A DNA stretch of 64,000 nt. It comes from Protoeuglena noctilucae. Lineage: Eukaryota. The stretch is from the NCBI GenBank assembly GCA_958009085.1, contig OY253683.1, positions 434,001-498,000 on the forward strand, in the 5' to 3' direction. The position numbers were made by a program, and so were the translations under genes. Under the pieces are notes generated by a model, which saw only the letters and a program-made list of their open reading frames with translations, was not told the DNA's origin and did no database searches. This document shows, in pieces, positions 12,736 through 25,900 of this stretch. Numbering within the stretch: position 1 is the stretch's first letter; every line of letters starts with the position of its first letter.

Positions 12736-13769
12736 ATGGAGGACGAGGATTTCACGGCAAGAGAGCATCACCTGCGCATGATGCGCAAGTTTCTCGAGTC
12801 GAAGGGGCCGAGTGCATCTGACCTCCTGAGGTAGGACCTCAGGAGGCACGCAGTATGGCCCCCTATTGTCGCTGCAACCATGTGGCCTCGCCCCTGGCGA
12901 GCTCTCGGGCCCGTGCCACCCGCAGCCGCGTCCAGGGGGACTTTGACGCGCTCCAGGCGGCACATCGATTCATCCGGACGCCTGCGGATGATGCAGACGA
13001 CACTTCGGCCTCGCGGATGGCCAAGAGGTACTACGACAAGCTGTACAGGTGTGTCCTTGTCGTTCCCTGAGAGCCTGGGAGACGGCAGGGTGGCTTCCTG
13101 ATGGCACCATCCTTTTCCACAACCCTCCAGGGAGTACTGCCTGGCCGATATGCGGGGATACAAGGAGGGGAACGTGGGAATGCGGTGGCGCACGGAGCCC
13201 GAGGTGGTGACGGGCAAGGGGCACCTCGTGTGCGGGAACCTGGCCTGCGACGAGCGCCGGTCGCTGACGAGCTTCGAGGTCCCTTTCGGGTACGTGGAGG
13301 CGGGCGTCAAGAAGCAAGCGCTGGTCAAGCTCCGCCTGTGCCCGGAGTGCGCGTACAAGCTCCACTACCGCCGCATCAAGCGCATGAGGGCCACCGCAGC
13401 CGAGCCGTGCTCGGCACGGTCCCCGTTGCCCTCGGTAGGCCGCCTACCTGGCATGAGATGTGCGGCCGCAGCGCAGTTCAAAATGCGCACGTGTCGCGAG
13501 CGGCGCTGCACGTGTCACTGCAGGGCGAGGAAGGCCACGAGACGAGCGAAAGCGACGGGGGGGATGAGGAGGGCGGGGGCCGGGGATCAAATGCCAAGGA
13601 GAGGCCACGTGGGGAGCAAAGGGAGCGCTCTTGGAGTCGGGAGAGAGGGCAAAGGGAGCGCTCACGGAGTCGGGAGAGGGATGGGAAGGGAAGTCATGGA
13701 AAAGGCGCCGGTGGGGGGGCAAGCAGTGGGCGGAAGGAGGTTCGAGGGCGGCGGAGGGACGAGGGCTAA
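12736..13769 (+). CDS. FRA10AC1: FRA10AC1-family spliceosome-associated protein
   Basis: HRFIR...MAKRYYDKLYREYCLADMRGYKEGNVGMRWRTEPEVVTGKGHLVCGNLAC...SFEVPFGYVEAGVKKQALVKLRLCPECAYKLHY. The RS-like 3' exon is less certain. Confidence 0.85.
13616..13678 (+). repeat. Two-copy 33-nt tandem repeat in the FRA10AC1 3' exon
   Basis: gcaaagggagcgctc(tt/ac)ggagtcgggagag occurs twice and encodes QRERSWSRER / QRERSRSRER. Confidence 0.7.
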
Positions 13770-13785
13770 CACCTGAATGTCAGCC

Positions 13786-15553
13786 TCAAGCGTTGTCTGC
13801 CTTCCCCAGCGCCTCCATCAGCGTCGCCCGTAGCTGCGGCGAATTGTGGACCTGTGCACGAACGAGTAATTGCATTGAATGGCTGTAAGCGTGGCAACAC
13901 ACCACCATGCAGCTTCGCAAAGCACCCGAACACTGCTGAAGCGACGCTCACCATCTCTCTCAGAAGCTGCACCCCCTGCCGCGCGTCCCGGCGCCGCCGC
14001 GAGTTCCCCAGGCGTCGCGCCTGACCCCCCGCATCCGCGTGGTCGTCCGTCCGTCCCAGGAACATGGCGTTGAACGCCTCGTCGAGCTCATCGGCATCGC
14101 CGCCTTGCCGCAGGTCGCTCCTGTGCGGCTCGCGCCTGCCTGAAGGGCCCAGCCCCGCGCCGCCCTCGGGCGCGGGGATCCCGAACTTGGCCCGAATCGC
14201 CTCGGCCTGCCTGGGCGGCAGCACCTCCAGCAGCTGCTCCACGTCGCTCTGCACCTGCCTGGCGGCCTTGGCACGCTCCAACTCCTCCGCGGGGTCTCGC
14301 GTGTACCGAGACGACGAGTCGTCCATGCCCGTCGACGACACGAGCTCCTCGGCGCTGGCCTCGTCCCCGTCCGCGCGACGCGGGAGGTCGTCCAGCAGGC
14401 GCTGCATGCTCATCGCCTGCCTGGTCGACCTCACCTTCTCTGGCGTCGTCCCCAGCTCCCTGCAAACAACGCAGGATGCACGCGTAATGGCCCCAGCTGA
14501 CACTACCTCATGCCAGTGCATGTCGTCATGCATTCAGCTCGCTCGGCGTGCCTGGCACCTGGCCACCTCCGCATCCGTGGGCTCCCTCCGGAGCCGCGCC
14601 TCCAGCGCAGACTCCACGCGCGACATTCTGGCGTGCAACTCCAGCACGTAAACCGGGATGTGCACCGGCAGTCGCAGCGCGTGGGCCGCCCGCCACACCG
14701 CCTGCCGCATCTTCAACAGCCCCAGCGTGCTGAGCGACTTGGCGCGACCTGCGCGTGTCACGGCGTGGGACGGGCTCGGCACGGTGGCAAGCCCACTGAG
14801 CCACGCAAGAGCGTGCCCGTGAACCACCCGTCCCACTCACTCGGATCAAAGATCTCCGCCGTGCTGAGCAGCGCCTCGAATGCGACCTGCACCATGTCAT
14901 CGTAGTCGCCCCGGCCAGCTGGCGCCCCGATGCAGGAGCGCACCACGCCATGCACCATGCGCTGGTAACCCTCCCACAGCTCCCGGCGCGCTCGGCTTCC
15001 ATCCGTTAGAGCCTCCTGCTCTTCCTCCCAGCTGCGCGTGCGTACAGCACACCCCATGCTCAGTGGGACATCAGTGGGTGACCAGACAGGGGAAGCGTCG
15101 CAGGGCCCACGCGCACCTTGCCAGACCCAGCTGCGCCGGGTCCGTCGATTCCTCCTCGAGCGCTCGCTCCACCCGCCGCGCCCGCTGCCACCGTTGGCAA
15201 ATCCTGGCCTGTTCCTCGAAGGACAGCTTCCTGTGACTCTCCCGCCGCGACACAGCTGCGGCCACCCTCTCCGCCTCGCGGCGCTCCCTCTCCGCCTGGT
15301 GGCCGCTAGTCAAGCGAGCTCGCCGGTTGGCGTTGCGAGCCTGGGACGGCGCACCCCGAGCCTGGCGCGTCGGAGAGGGCCGCGTCCAGCTCCGAGGAGC
15401 CGCTGGAACCACCTCCGAAAGTTGAATCGGCACGTCGGTCGTCACAGCAAAAGCGGAGACCCTGCCGGGCCATCTCGCGCCCTGCAACCACCATGCGTCG
15501 AAAAGCGCGGTAGTTCTCCCGAAGCAGCCAGTTTCTCGCCGCGACATTCGCAT
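13786..15553 (-). CDS. Nuclear-encoded sigma-70-like factor (probably plastid-targeted), divergent
   Basis: Region 2-like ARRELWEGYQRMVHGVVRS...DYDDMVQVAFEALLSTAEIFDP, region 3-like RLPVHIPVYVLE...LRREPTDAEVARELGTTPEKV and region 4.1-like VEQLLEVLPPRQAEAIRAKFGI. The N-terminus is R/A/S-rich and transit-peptide-like. Confidence 0.75.
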
Positions 15554-16149
15554 GGCCAATAGAGGCTGCATAGTTCATTCCGCTCAGCAATGGACGCCAC
15601 GTGTTGTGTCCCCACCTGAGCGAAACGAAGTGCGTGCACGCATGTGGCGCAAGGCCTCCCACCCTGGGCGTGCATGGAGGTCACCAAGGCAACTGGCACG
15701 GCCAGCGCCGGCATTATTGCATGCATATATGACGCACTGCCCCCAGCGATCGGGCTACCGGGTCGGCGTGGGACAGATACGGAGCGGAGTAGGTCACAAG
15801 CCACAAATCGACGCGGAAGACGACAGCAAAGGATCTCGGCCGGCTCACGACTTTGTATGCGCTAAATGTTAGCGACTCGATAGGTCTGGGGTCTGCGTTT
15901 GGTTGACGTGGGCTCTGTCGGACGGTCAGACAAAGTGTCGGTGCAACGCGCGGGAACGGAGAGGCAGCTGACGGAGTGGTTGCGAAAAAAACGTTACTCT
16001 CATACGTGCCATGCGGTGTGCTCTCGGCTCTGGGCGCCGAGAAGTGTCAGGATGGAGCGCGTAGCAGCCCTCTGGCGAGGTGTCGCCGATTCCACGTGCA
16101 TGATTGCATGATTGCATGGATATAAGGAGGATGCATGCGGGGGTGACGG

Positions 16150-17296
16150 ATGCCGACCTCGCGTTTGCCTGCCGCGCCAGCAGGAACACTCGCACCACGG
16201 GCGGCGTCAAGCGCAGCCCTGAGCTTCGTGGCGGGCATGCTTGGAGTGATTGAGGGCGGGGAGGAGCTTACGCATCTCATCACGCGGAGGGGCCGACCTA
16301 TTAGCGCGACGGAGGTGAGAGTTGCTGGCTTGAAGCACGTGCCAAGCAATTTCCAGGCACGCCTCCACCTACGCGCCTTCCCTCCAACCACCGCAGAGCA
16401 TGGCGGCACTGCACCTTCTGCTGACGTCCGCGGTGCTGCCGGTGCTGGCCGTGGCCACACCGTGGCTCCCTGCGCCCGCCGTGGGGTCGCTCCTCACGGC
16501 CGTGGCCATCCTGGGCGCATGGTGCGCCGGCGCGGCGTTTGGTGCCCAGAAGTTCGTGCCAGCGGAGCTTGAGTGGGCCTGCCGGTCTCAGCCGTGGGAC
16601 AACTGCGCCAGCGAGGTGACACCAGAGCCGAGCACACGCAGCGCAGCGCTCCCTGCGCACCCGAGCCCCAGCGCAACGCGTCGCCTTGGTTCCCAGGTGC
16701 ACTCGAGCCCTCCGGTGCTGATTGAGCATGTCTCGGAGCGCATCGACCGGCTCGTTCTGTCCCAACTCGTCATTACCAGCCTGGCGACCGCTGCCGCGTT
16801 CCTCGTGATGCTGGAGGCCAGCACGCCTCTGGCCCTGATGCTCCGGCTGCAACGCCAGCTCGGCATCGCGGACGCCGCACCGACCCAGGGTGAGGCAGAC
16901 ACTGCCCGATGGCGGGCAGGGGCGGTGTCTTACAAGCACTCACCTCGTCAGACCTACGTCCAGCGATTCATCCCGGCCACAGTAGCCCTTCGCATCGCGG
17001 AGGTCACCGTCCGTGCGCTGGGGGACGACTCGGAGGGCGCAGGGCCCCTGGCAGTCACGCAGCCCCTCCTGCTGCGGCACCCTGGGGAGCTGAGCCCCGG
17101 GGGGACGTCCGAGGCCCACACCGGCGGCCCGCGCATCGCTGCGAGGCTCCCCGCATCCTCAGAGGACGTGGAGGCAGGGGAAGCGCCGCCTCATGATTCA
17201 CAACGCACGCGTGCGCCCCAACCAGAGAACCATAGGACCACTCGGAAGGACCCCAAGCATCTGATAGACATAGACAGGGACCACAACCACGCCTAG
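16150..17296 (+). CDS. Hypothetical multi-pass membrane protein (5' end uncertain, may extend to about 15600)
   Basis: Hydrophobic segments LHLLLTSAVLPVLAVAT, AVGSLLTAVAILGAWCAG and LVITSLATAAAFLVML, with GT-AG introns in phase. No family recognised. Confidence 0.45.
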
Positions 17297-20200
17297 CTAC
17301 CTGCCAGTTGCGCACCGCCATCCCCGCCCGCCCTTGCAGCCTCTCCCTGCGTTGCCTCGCCGCCGGCTTGCCCCTCGCTTCCCTGGCCCTCGCCCATGCC
17401 AGGCTCGGCCTGGCACACAGGCTCCCCAGGCTCGCCGCTGCCACCCCCGGCCGCCTCCATGCCGAGCTTTGAAAGCACCAGCGGCATGACGTTGTTGTAC
17501 TCGCTGTGCCGCACGATTGCCTCGGACAGGTCTGCGATCGCGAGGAGCACCTCCACTTCTCAGATTTCTCCCACACCCCGACATCAGCCACCCACCGTGC
17601 CAGCCGCGCATGGACCCTCGCCTATGTTCTCCACGCCCGGCTGCTCGATCGGCTGCAGCCCCGCGATGAGGAGGGACACGTTGCGCACGCGGACGAGGAC
17701 CGCCAGCATCCAGTCCCTTCGCGAGAAGCCGTTGACGAGCCGCGAGGCCACCACCTCCCGCATCGCACTCCACGTCTGGGCAGATGCGGCGGACGGCGAC
17801 CCGAGGAACACGGCGTCCTCCACAATGCCGAAGAGCTTGCGGCGGTGCAGCTCCAGCAGGCACGTCTCCAGCACTGCAAGCGGGGGAACATGGAGCGAAA
17901 CGATGGGCGAGAGGGAGCATGCCAGCAGTGCAACAGCTTTGGTAGTGAACGCGAGCTGGACAGCCGCGAGCGGTCGTCACCAAAGCACCCGGTCGAGTTT
18001 GCAAAGAGGCGCACGGGGCGGTCGCCGTGGGCGCCGGCTGCCAGGAGGTCTGCAAGGAGCACCCCGGCCTTCTTGGCCCTCGAAACGACCACAGGCCAGG
18101 GGTAATCGACCTGGGGAGGCGAACGCGTGAGGCCGTCGGGACGTGCGGGGCTAGTCTGAAAAACTCCAAGCGCTGCGCACGAGGGCAAAGGTGTGTGACA
18201 CTTGCCGCTCCCTCACCCAGTTGAGGAAGCGCAGCACTGCCAGGGGCGCCGTGAGTGTGTGGTACAGTGTCCCTGCAAGGGCGCACAAGGGTCAGGGGTC
18301 AATGCCGTGACACCGCAGCGGAGGCGAGTTGCTTGCGGATGTCAGCGTAACCCACAGAGCACAGCATAGGCCATGCACCTGCGAGCAGTGTGTACGCCCA
18401 GGCCTGGATGTGGTTGGCTACGGTGGACGTCAAATAGTCCTGGACCTCGTTGCTCAGCAGCATGACCTCCTTGCTGTCCCACACCAGGGCCAGGCGCTCG
18501 CTGTCTTCCCCGGACAAGCACCGCCAAGGCCGGACGAAGTCCTCCGCGTCAATCGCCCAGCCCCTGCAGATGGACAGATTGGCAGATAAGCAGCCGGCAG
18601 TTGTGTGAGGGCGGTCGAGTCGGTGTGGATGGCAGCGACACCGCCAGCGAGCGAGCCATCGATATCAGCGTGCAAGCCATCGATACCAACATCATAGTCC
18701 GCTCCTCACGTGATGCCGATGGTGACTGCCAGGCGTGACCGCGCCTGCCCCGCCTTCCACGGCAGCTCCACCCCGCGCGTCCCAGCGTCCTCCACGTGGT
18801 CCTTTGGGATAGGCAACACCATGTCCACCCAGCTCCCCGTGCGCCGGTGCATGCCCCGCTCGCCGTTCCCCGCCCCCGACCGCGACTCCCCCCCAGACCC
18901 CTCTCGCTTGCCACCACCACTATCTCCATCGCCCTCACCCTCGCCCTCGCCCTCGTCTTCGGACCGGGTCTCCAGCTCCGCATACGCCTCCCCCATGTGC
19001 TTGGCGCTGCGCCACGGGCGGCCGTCCCGTCGCGTCCTGGACTCTGGCCCCGGCAGCTCCCCCTCGCTATGGGTGCTCTCGCGATCGTCGCCCTCTCCCT
19101 CCAACTCCTCGTATCCCTCCGCGGGGGCCCGGGATCCCCGGCGCCAGTGCCGCCGATGCGGACGCGTCTGGCCCTCCCGATGCGCTGGCTCGCCCTCTCC
19201 GGAGCTCACGCGCTCCTCGGGAGCCGATGCCGAGGCCACCGCACCCGCTGCCCCCGCAGACCCCTCGCCCGCTGCCCCCGCATGGCGAGAGGTTGCACCG
19301 GCCCCGCTCGGCCCCGCCTCTCCCGCTTCGCCTGCGCCGCCCACGGCGTCACCCACGGCAGCCACGGCCGTCTGCACCACGCTCTTCACCGCTTGCGAGA
19401 GATAGCCACCGCCCACGTTGAAACGCCGGAGGTTGATGGCCGTCGCAAGGATGTTGCGGCTGTCGCGTGAGGCGTGCTTCACCTCCGGGATGGGCCTGGG
19501 CGCAGCGGTGCGGCGGAGATGTGAGCTTGGAGAGCGCATCGACGCAGCTATCAGTGGGACAGGCACGGGTGCATGGGCGCTCACCGGAAGAGAAACTCCT
19601 GGACGCCACCCACCCGCCGGGACATGCGCTGGGCCACGCTGTGCGCGCCGTACGTCCCGAACCCGGCCGCCACTGTCGTCGTCGTCGCCGCGGACGCCAC
19701 GCCCCCGACGATGGCCGCGGGGGCACCCACCGCCGTCAGCGCCCCGCCGAGCGCCGCCGCGAGCGCGGGAGCCGCGAGGCCCCCCGTCACGCCCACCAGC
19801 GCCCCTCCCAGCACCGCAGTGCCCGCGACCACGAACGCCCGGCCCCAGGCACCCGAGGCGCTCGACTGCCCCCGCACCGTCTCATGCGTCACCAGCACTC
19901 CCGCCAGGAACCCCTCCATCGGTACCACCGCCGACCAGGGCACCTCCAGCCACGCCGCCAGCTCCCGGACCGCCACGCGCGCGCGGGCGTCATACCACCG
20001 CTGCTCCGAGTCCCCTGCCACCCCACCCAGGCACCCGGCGATCACCTCAAACAGCATCGCCTCCCGCACCTCCTGACGCGCGCTCCCGGGCTTCTGCAGG
20101 CCCCCGGCGTCGTCCGGCAGCGTCACCCTCAGCGCCCGCGCCCGCCCCGGAACGGCACCCGCGCCCTGGGAACCCCGCTCCGGCCCTTCCTGCCCCGCCA

Positions 20201-21000
20201 AGGGCGTCCCCGGCAGCGTCCCCGCCTCCTCCCAGCCATCAGCGCCGTGCGGCTCCGACTCTGCAGCGTCCCAGTCCGCGTCGCCTGTCGACTCAACCGC
20301 CATGTCCTCCCGCCGCTGTGCCTCCTGCAATTGGTCCAGCAGGCCTTCCATCTGCCGCACCTCGGCCGGGGTCGGCGGCGGCGCCAGGTCTGCCGGCGCC
20401 GTGCCCGGCGACAGGTCGATGAGGTCCGGGGGCACAGCCGGGGGCAGCGGGGTCCCGGGCACAAAGTCGTCGCTCAGCAGCGAGACGAGGCCAGAGACGC
20501 GCGCCTCGAGGTCGCCCGGCTTGGTGTGGGGGCCCGCGATGATGGACGGGAGGGACAGGAGGCCCACCCACTTGGATCGGGGCACGTGGAGGTGCGCGTA
20601 GACTCGCTGTACCAGCCCCCCTGCGCCCCACAGGGCCGTGCCCCCGGGGTACGTGGAGGTGTCGACTCCCGGGTATTGTATCAACCTCTGGTCATTTGAA
20701 ACCTCCTTCTTCGAGCCCCACAGGAAGGAGGGGAGCCACGTGGACGATTTGGGCTCCTCGGGAGGGCGCCAGGACCGCCCCGCAGTGCGGTACAGCGAGA
20801 GCGTGAAGAGTGCCGCCATGGCATAGCGGATCGCAGCGCCAGAGTCCGTCGATGGATCTACGACGTCAGCGCGGGCAACCTGCGATGTGAACGCGTCGCA
20901 GGTTGCGTGCAAAGTGCGCTCCTGGGGTAGGGCCCAATCCTTGCGCGCTCACCCCCTCGGCGACCGCTGCCTCCATCGTCGCGATATCTTCGGGCTGCAT
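17293..21000 (-). CDS. TMCO4: DUF726 / TMCO4-like alpha/beta-hydrolase-fold membrane protein
   Basis: YDARARVAVRELA, GGALVGVTGGLAAPALAA, FGTYGA...MSRRVGGVQEFLF, RAKKAGVLLADLL, GDRPVRLFANSTG, GIVEDAVFLGSP, VASRLVNGFSRRDWML, AGLQPI...GVENIDLS...H.EY. Confidence 0.85.
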
Positions 21001-21320
21001 TTTGACGGTCGACGATCTGTCCGGGGCACGGATCCCTCCGCACGCGTGGTAAACGGGCTTGTAAAACTCTCGCTGCGCTTTGTGCAGAGACTCGCTCACT
21101 TGTTCTACAACTGAGGCGAACAGGACAGAGCAGTGCTTCTACAGATCATATTGTTCGTCTGGCTTGACGGCAGCTAGCAAGTACGCCTTCACAGCGCTGA
21201 CACACTTCCTGACGCAGATGCAGCTGCCTCTTGGGGCTATCCATGATCCAAGGCCACAATTATCCATGCACTGGCTACGTCTCTGAACTCGGACTTCGCA
21301 TGCCTGCCAGATCCCGGCGC

Positions 21321-22520
21321 TCAGTCGTGGTGGTGGTGCCCACCGTCCGCGGCGCCCGAGTCGACGGCACTGTAGCCCGCGTCCCCGTTCCCGCCGTGGT
21401 GGCTGTGGTGGTGGTGGTCGCCCGATCCGTGGTGGTCATGGTCGTGGTGGGCGCCGTATGCGCCGTACCCGTCCGGGTTGAGAGTCATCTCCCTCATGTC
21501 CCGGTCGACGTCGTCCGCGCCCGTCTGCAAACACACGCGGTCCTTCCGCTGCGGCCAAGTGGACTCGCCCCATGCCCCGCCCGCCCAAGCCTGGCATGCG
21601 GCCGCACCCTTGCCTGGTGATCGTAGCCCCCGCTGGCATGGTGGTTGTGCTCCTCGGCGTGGGCCGCGGCAGCCGCGTGGTGGTGCGCGGCGAGCTTCAA
21701 CTCATCGCTCCCTCGGCGCTGGGCCACCTCTGCCTCCCCCTCCACGTGGGCCTGAACGCGGAGAACAATCTTGACCTCCCCGCACTGGGGGACGTGCAGC
21801 ACGAGGGGAGAGCTCGGGGCCTTCTCCGCGACGTGGTCGGGGATGTTGAGGTCCGCGGACCCCAGAACGTTTACCGCCCCCTTGAAGTCCTTGGCCTCCA
21901 CCATCACACGATAGACCTTCTCCTCCCACGCCCCGGTCGCGCTGCGGTAGAGCGTGACCGTGAACCGCAGCGTCTGCGAGGGTGCGGGGCGGGCAGAGGG
22001 GTCGGCGCATGCGTCGGTCTCCCAACGCGCTGAGGGGACCTGGCGAGCGCCAGGGGCTGGTCCCACCTGGTCGACGTGGGCGCGGCTGTGAACGATAGGG
22101 ACGGGCGCCGTCATGGTGCGCTTGGCCTCCTTACCCTCTCTTGCGAGCGCGACGGTCACGACCTCGATGTCCTGCACCGCGGCCTGGCCCACCTCCTCCA
22201 GGCTGACCGTGTCGACGTATGCGTCCACGTCGAAGGACAGCTTCTGCATCTTCCGATGCGACAAGGTCCTCGAGAGGCTCCTGCATTCCCAACGACCTCA
22301 GATGCGCTCGATCCAGAAAACCAAAATGCTCGCCCGACCGCTCAAGGCTTTCAATTGAGACAAAGAGGGGATAAATCCAAAAAGATTGCGACCACGAGCC
22401 CCCTACGCCGCAAACGGCCAACCCCATTGCGGGGCATGTCGGAACGGTCAGCGCCGGGACCGCGGAGGCCTGCGCACCCCAGCCGACGCGCACAAACGCT
22501 CACTTAAGAAGCGACGCCAT
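21321..22520 (-). CDS. NT-C2 (EEIG1/EHBP1 N-terminal C2-like) domain protein with His-rich tail
   Basis: TLRFTVTLYRSATGAWEEKVYRVMV...VLGSADLNI matches the NT-C2 pattern. Four exons from MASLLK. Tail HHDHDHHGSGDHHHHSHH. Confidence 0.7.
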
Positions 22521-22915
22521 GGCGGGCCCCGAGCTGCGAGGACGCGACTTCTTCAGTCCGAATAACTGCACCGTTTGCCAAGAAACCAACGACATATAAA
22601 TTCTATCCTGCAAGCGCACAGGAAATAGCAACCCAATACCCAAGAAAGGTTCCAGGACTGCTGAAGTGGTTGTGGAATTGAATGCCCTCAGCAAGTTTGT
22701 GGTGTCCGCAACAATCCCGCCATCTTTCGTCGCTGAACGCCCAGCGCATGTGACGAGTTGCGCGGGGCCGTGACGGCAAGGTGGCGCCCCGGTCTCCTCG
22801 CCTGCCCTTCGTGAAAGAGCGAGTGTCAGCGAGCCCGGACTCCAGCCGATAGGGAGCCCATAGCGGCGCCAGGGACCCGTCCGTCACGCCGAGTGATGGG
22901 AACATGACCCGGGCC

Positions 22916-25900
22916 ATGTCGTGGGGCACTTCTCTGGACGCCATCCTCGATGATGCGCGGAAGCATTTGGGACTTTCGGTGAAGGGCTCGCCAGGCCGCC
23001 CCCATTCGGCGCAACGCCACGATAGATAGCAAGCGTGCTGAAGAACGCATTGCAGGCGCTGATGGGCCCATCGCCTCCGCGCAGGGGGACATCTCGGGAT
23101 GGCAGGGGAGGACGACGCACTACACGGCGCGGCTGGCCGCGCTCCCGCCACGGGAGACGCCTCGCGTAGTCGTGGGGTCCGTGGATGAGTATCTTGATCG
23201 TACCAAGAACCAGTTTGGGGATATTCTCACCGGTTTGCAGTCGACACTCAGCCAGGTACGGCGGCCCTGCAAGCGACGCCTTTGTGGCATGAGTGTCCTG
23301 TCCCTTAGAGGAACAGGTCGCTGAGGGACAAGCGCGTCACCTACCCAGGTGCGCATGGAGGCCGAGTCTGCACGCGCGTACTCGATGGAGGTGCGCTCGG
23401 GGATGCTGAGCAACCGGGAGTTCCTCAGGGAACGGTGCGGTGTGTCGGCGATCGAGGAGCGCCTCGCAGCGGTCGAGCGGCAGCTGGAGACGCTCGCGTC
23501 CTCCCACGAGGTCTCCAAGGGGCGCGCCGCGGAGGTTGTCGCCAGGCTCACGACCTTCGAAGAGCGCCTCGCAGCCTCCGAGGTGCGCGTGTGCCGCTGG
23601 ACCCTGACATTTCACCACCTCTGGCTTCCGTGATACCCGCATCGGCTCCCGAGCCCGCAGCTGTCTGGCAGCCAGGCCGTCGTCAAGGCCACCGACGCAT
23701 CGAAGCGCGCGGTGGCCGCGTCGCAGCTGGCCCGGGAGGCGCACGACGCGGCGGCCCTGGCGCGCCGCAACATCGCGGCGTTCGCCGAGCGGATGGACGG
23801 GCACATCGCGAGGGAGGAGGAGGCGGCGCGGGTGCGGGACCGTCGCGCGGCGGAGGACGTGGCCCGCGTGCGCGATCTCTCGGACGCCGTGCAGGCGGCG
23901 GCGGCCGAGGCGACGCGCGCGGCACGCGCGGCAGAGGCCGCCCGGGCCGACGGGCGCGTGCTCGCGGGGCGCGTGTCGGCCGTCGAGGAGCTCCCGACCG
24001 CCATGGACGTCATGCGCGGGGACCTCTCGCGTGCCTCCTCCCGACTGGAGGCTTTAGAAGCGCGGCCGCCCAACGTCCCGGAGGGCCGGCTGACGGACCT
24101 GGCTGACCGCGTGCGCCGCGCCGAGGCCCGTGCAGTAGAGGCATCGGAGGCGCTGCAGGGGTGGGTGCCGTTCCTCGAGACGGTCAAAGAGAGGCCGACG
24201 CCGGTGGCGCGCGAGGAGCTGACGGACGTGGAGAGGGTGAGGAGACGAGCACAGGGCCGTGCCGACACCCGCGTCGGCCCCTTCGCCCGACACAGACAGC
24301 CCAAGTCTTTGGCACGCTTTCGTCTTGCTGCACCCCGCGGCCATCGCGATCGCTTGTGCTGCGCTTATGACGCGCAGGTGCTCCACAGCCTGGAGGCGCG
24401 CATCATGCGCTTGGAGCTGGAGGGCGGCCCCGACACGCGCCAGGAGATCGCGGCAGACATGGAGCAGAAAGCGGAGCGCATCGCGGCACTGCACGCGGCG
24501 GTAGCGCACGCGGAGGAGCGTCTGCGGCACCGCATCGAGGAGGAAGCGCAGGCGAGGGTCGAGGGGCCGTGTCGCGAGTGGCTGCGTACGAAGCGGGCCA
24601 GGCCGACGGCCTCACAGCGCTCACAGCTCTCTGACGCACACATAGCTCTCACACCTCTGCCCTCGGTCCCTGCAGAGGCGCGGAGCGTTGGAGGCCACGG
24701 TGTCGGAACGCCACGCCCAGGAGCGCAAGGACCTGCGGGGCCTGAGCGAGCGCCTGGGGCAGGCGGAGGAGGAGGTGCATCGCATGACAGCGTGGCGGGC
24801 GGGCCTGGAGGACCGGATGCACGCCGACGTGGGGGCGCTGAGGAGCGAGGTGCGCGCTCTGTCTGGCGTGCGGGACCAGGTGGACCGCCTCTCGGAGGGG
24901 CTGAAGCGGGCGGCGGCGGAGCAGGCGCGGGCCACGAAGGACGCGGAGGACCGGGGACGCATCACCGCGCAGGAGCTGGAACGTGAGGGGCGCGGGTGGC
25001 CTGTGGCCTGTGGTGGGGACATGTCTCTGACCATGCGGTGCAGACACATGCCAGCCTAATGCGGTGCTTAATGGTGTATGCAAGGCGCGTTAGCATGTCC
25101 TCATGCGCAGAGCGCGTGGCCCAGGCGGTCAAGGAGCTCGCGGGGCTGCGGATGGACGTGCGCGACGTGCAGGGAGCCATGGAGCGTGTCGTGGAGGGGC
25201 GGAGACTCGAGGTGGGTTGCAGAGAGATGGGTCATGCCAGAAGCAGGGTCGTGTTGCACAGCAGCACGCACACGCAGAGCAGAGAGGGACGGGTTGCGAG
25301 TGGTGGTCTCCGCAGGGAGCGTCGCGTGTGGCGACCGAGGCGGACGAAGGCGTCGTTCAGGACTTGCTCCGCACCGTCAAGACGCAGGGCACCAAGGCGC
25401 GTGGCCTGCCGCATGTTGACTCAGTGTGACAGCCCCGTCGACCACGGTGGCCGCCGTGCTTGCAGCCGACAGCTGGTGTGGGGACCGACCGTGACTGAGA
25501 GCCTTGCGCCTGCCGCTTGCAGATCGCGGAGCTTCGTGAGGACCTGGATCGCATGTCCCACCGGATGTCCCAGAGAGCGCAAGAGGCGTCCACGCGGCCC
25601 CTGGCGTCGCCGGTGGCAGGCAGCGTCGCAGTTGCGGGCAGCAGCGGCGCCCTAGCGACCCTTGAGTCCGATGTTGCGGAGATCCGGGGCACGACGGAGG
25701 AGCTGCACATCATCTTCACGACGCTCAGGCAACAGGTCGAGGGCCTCCAGGACCGGGTCATCGTGAGTGCTGCTTCGGGTCGGCCACGGCGGAGGGAGGT
25801 TGCGTTGCTTCATCAAAACATGTTTAAATATGCCCTTCACCGAGATTCTGGCATCGATGCAGGAGACGTCGCACGGCCTGGCCGCGCTGGAGACGCGGGT

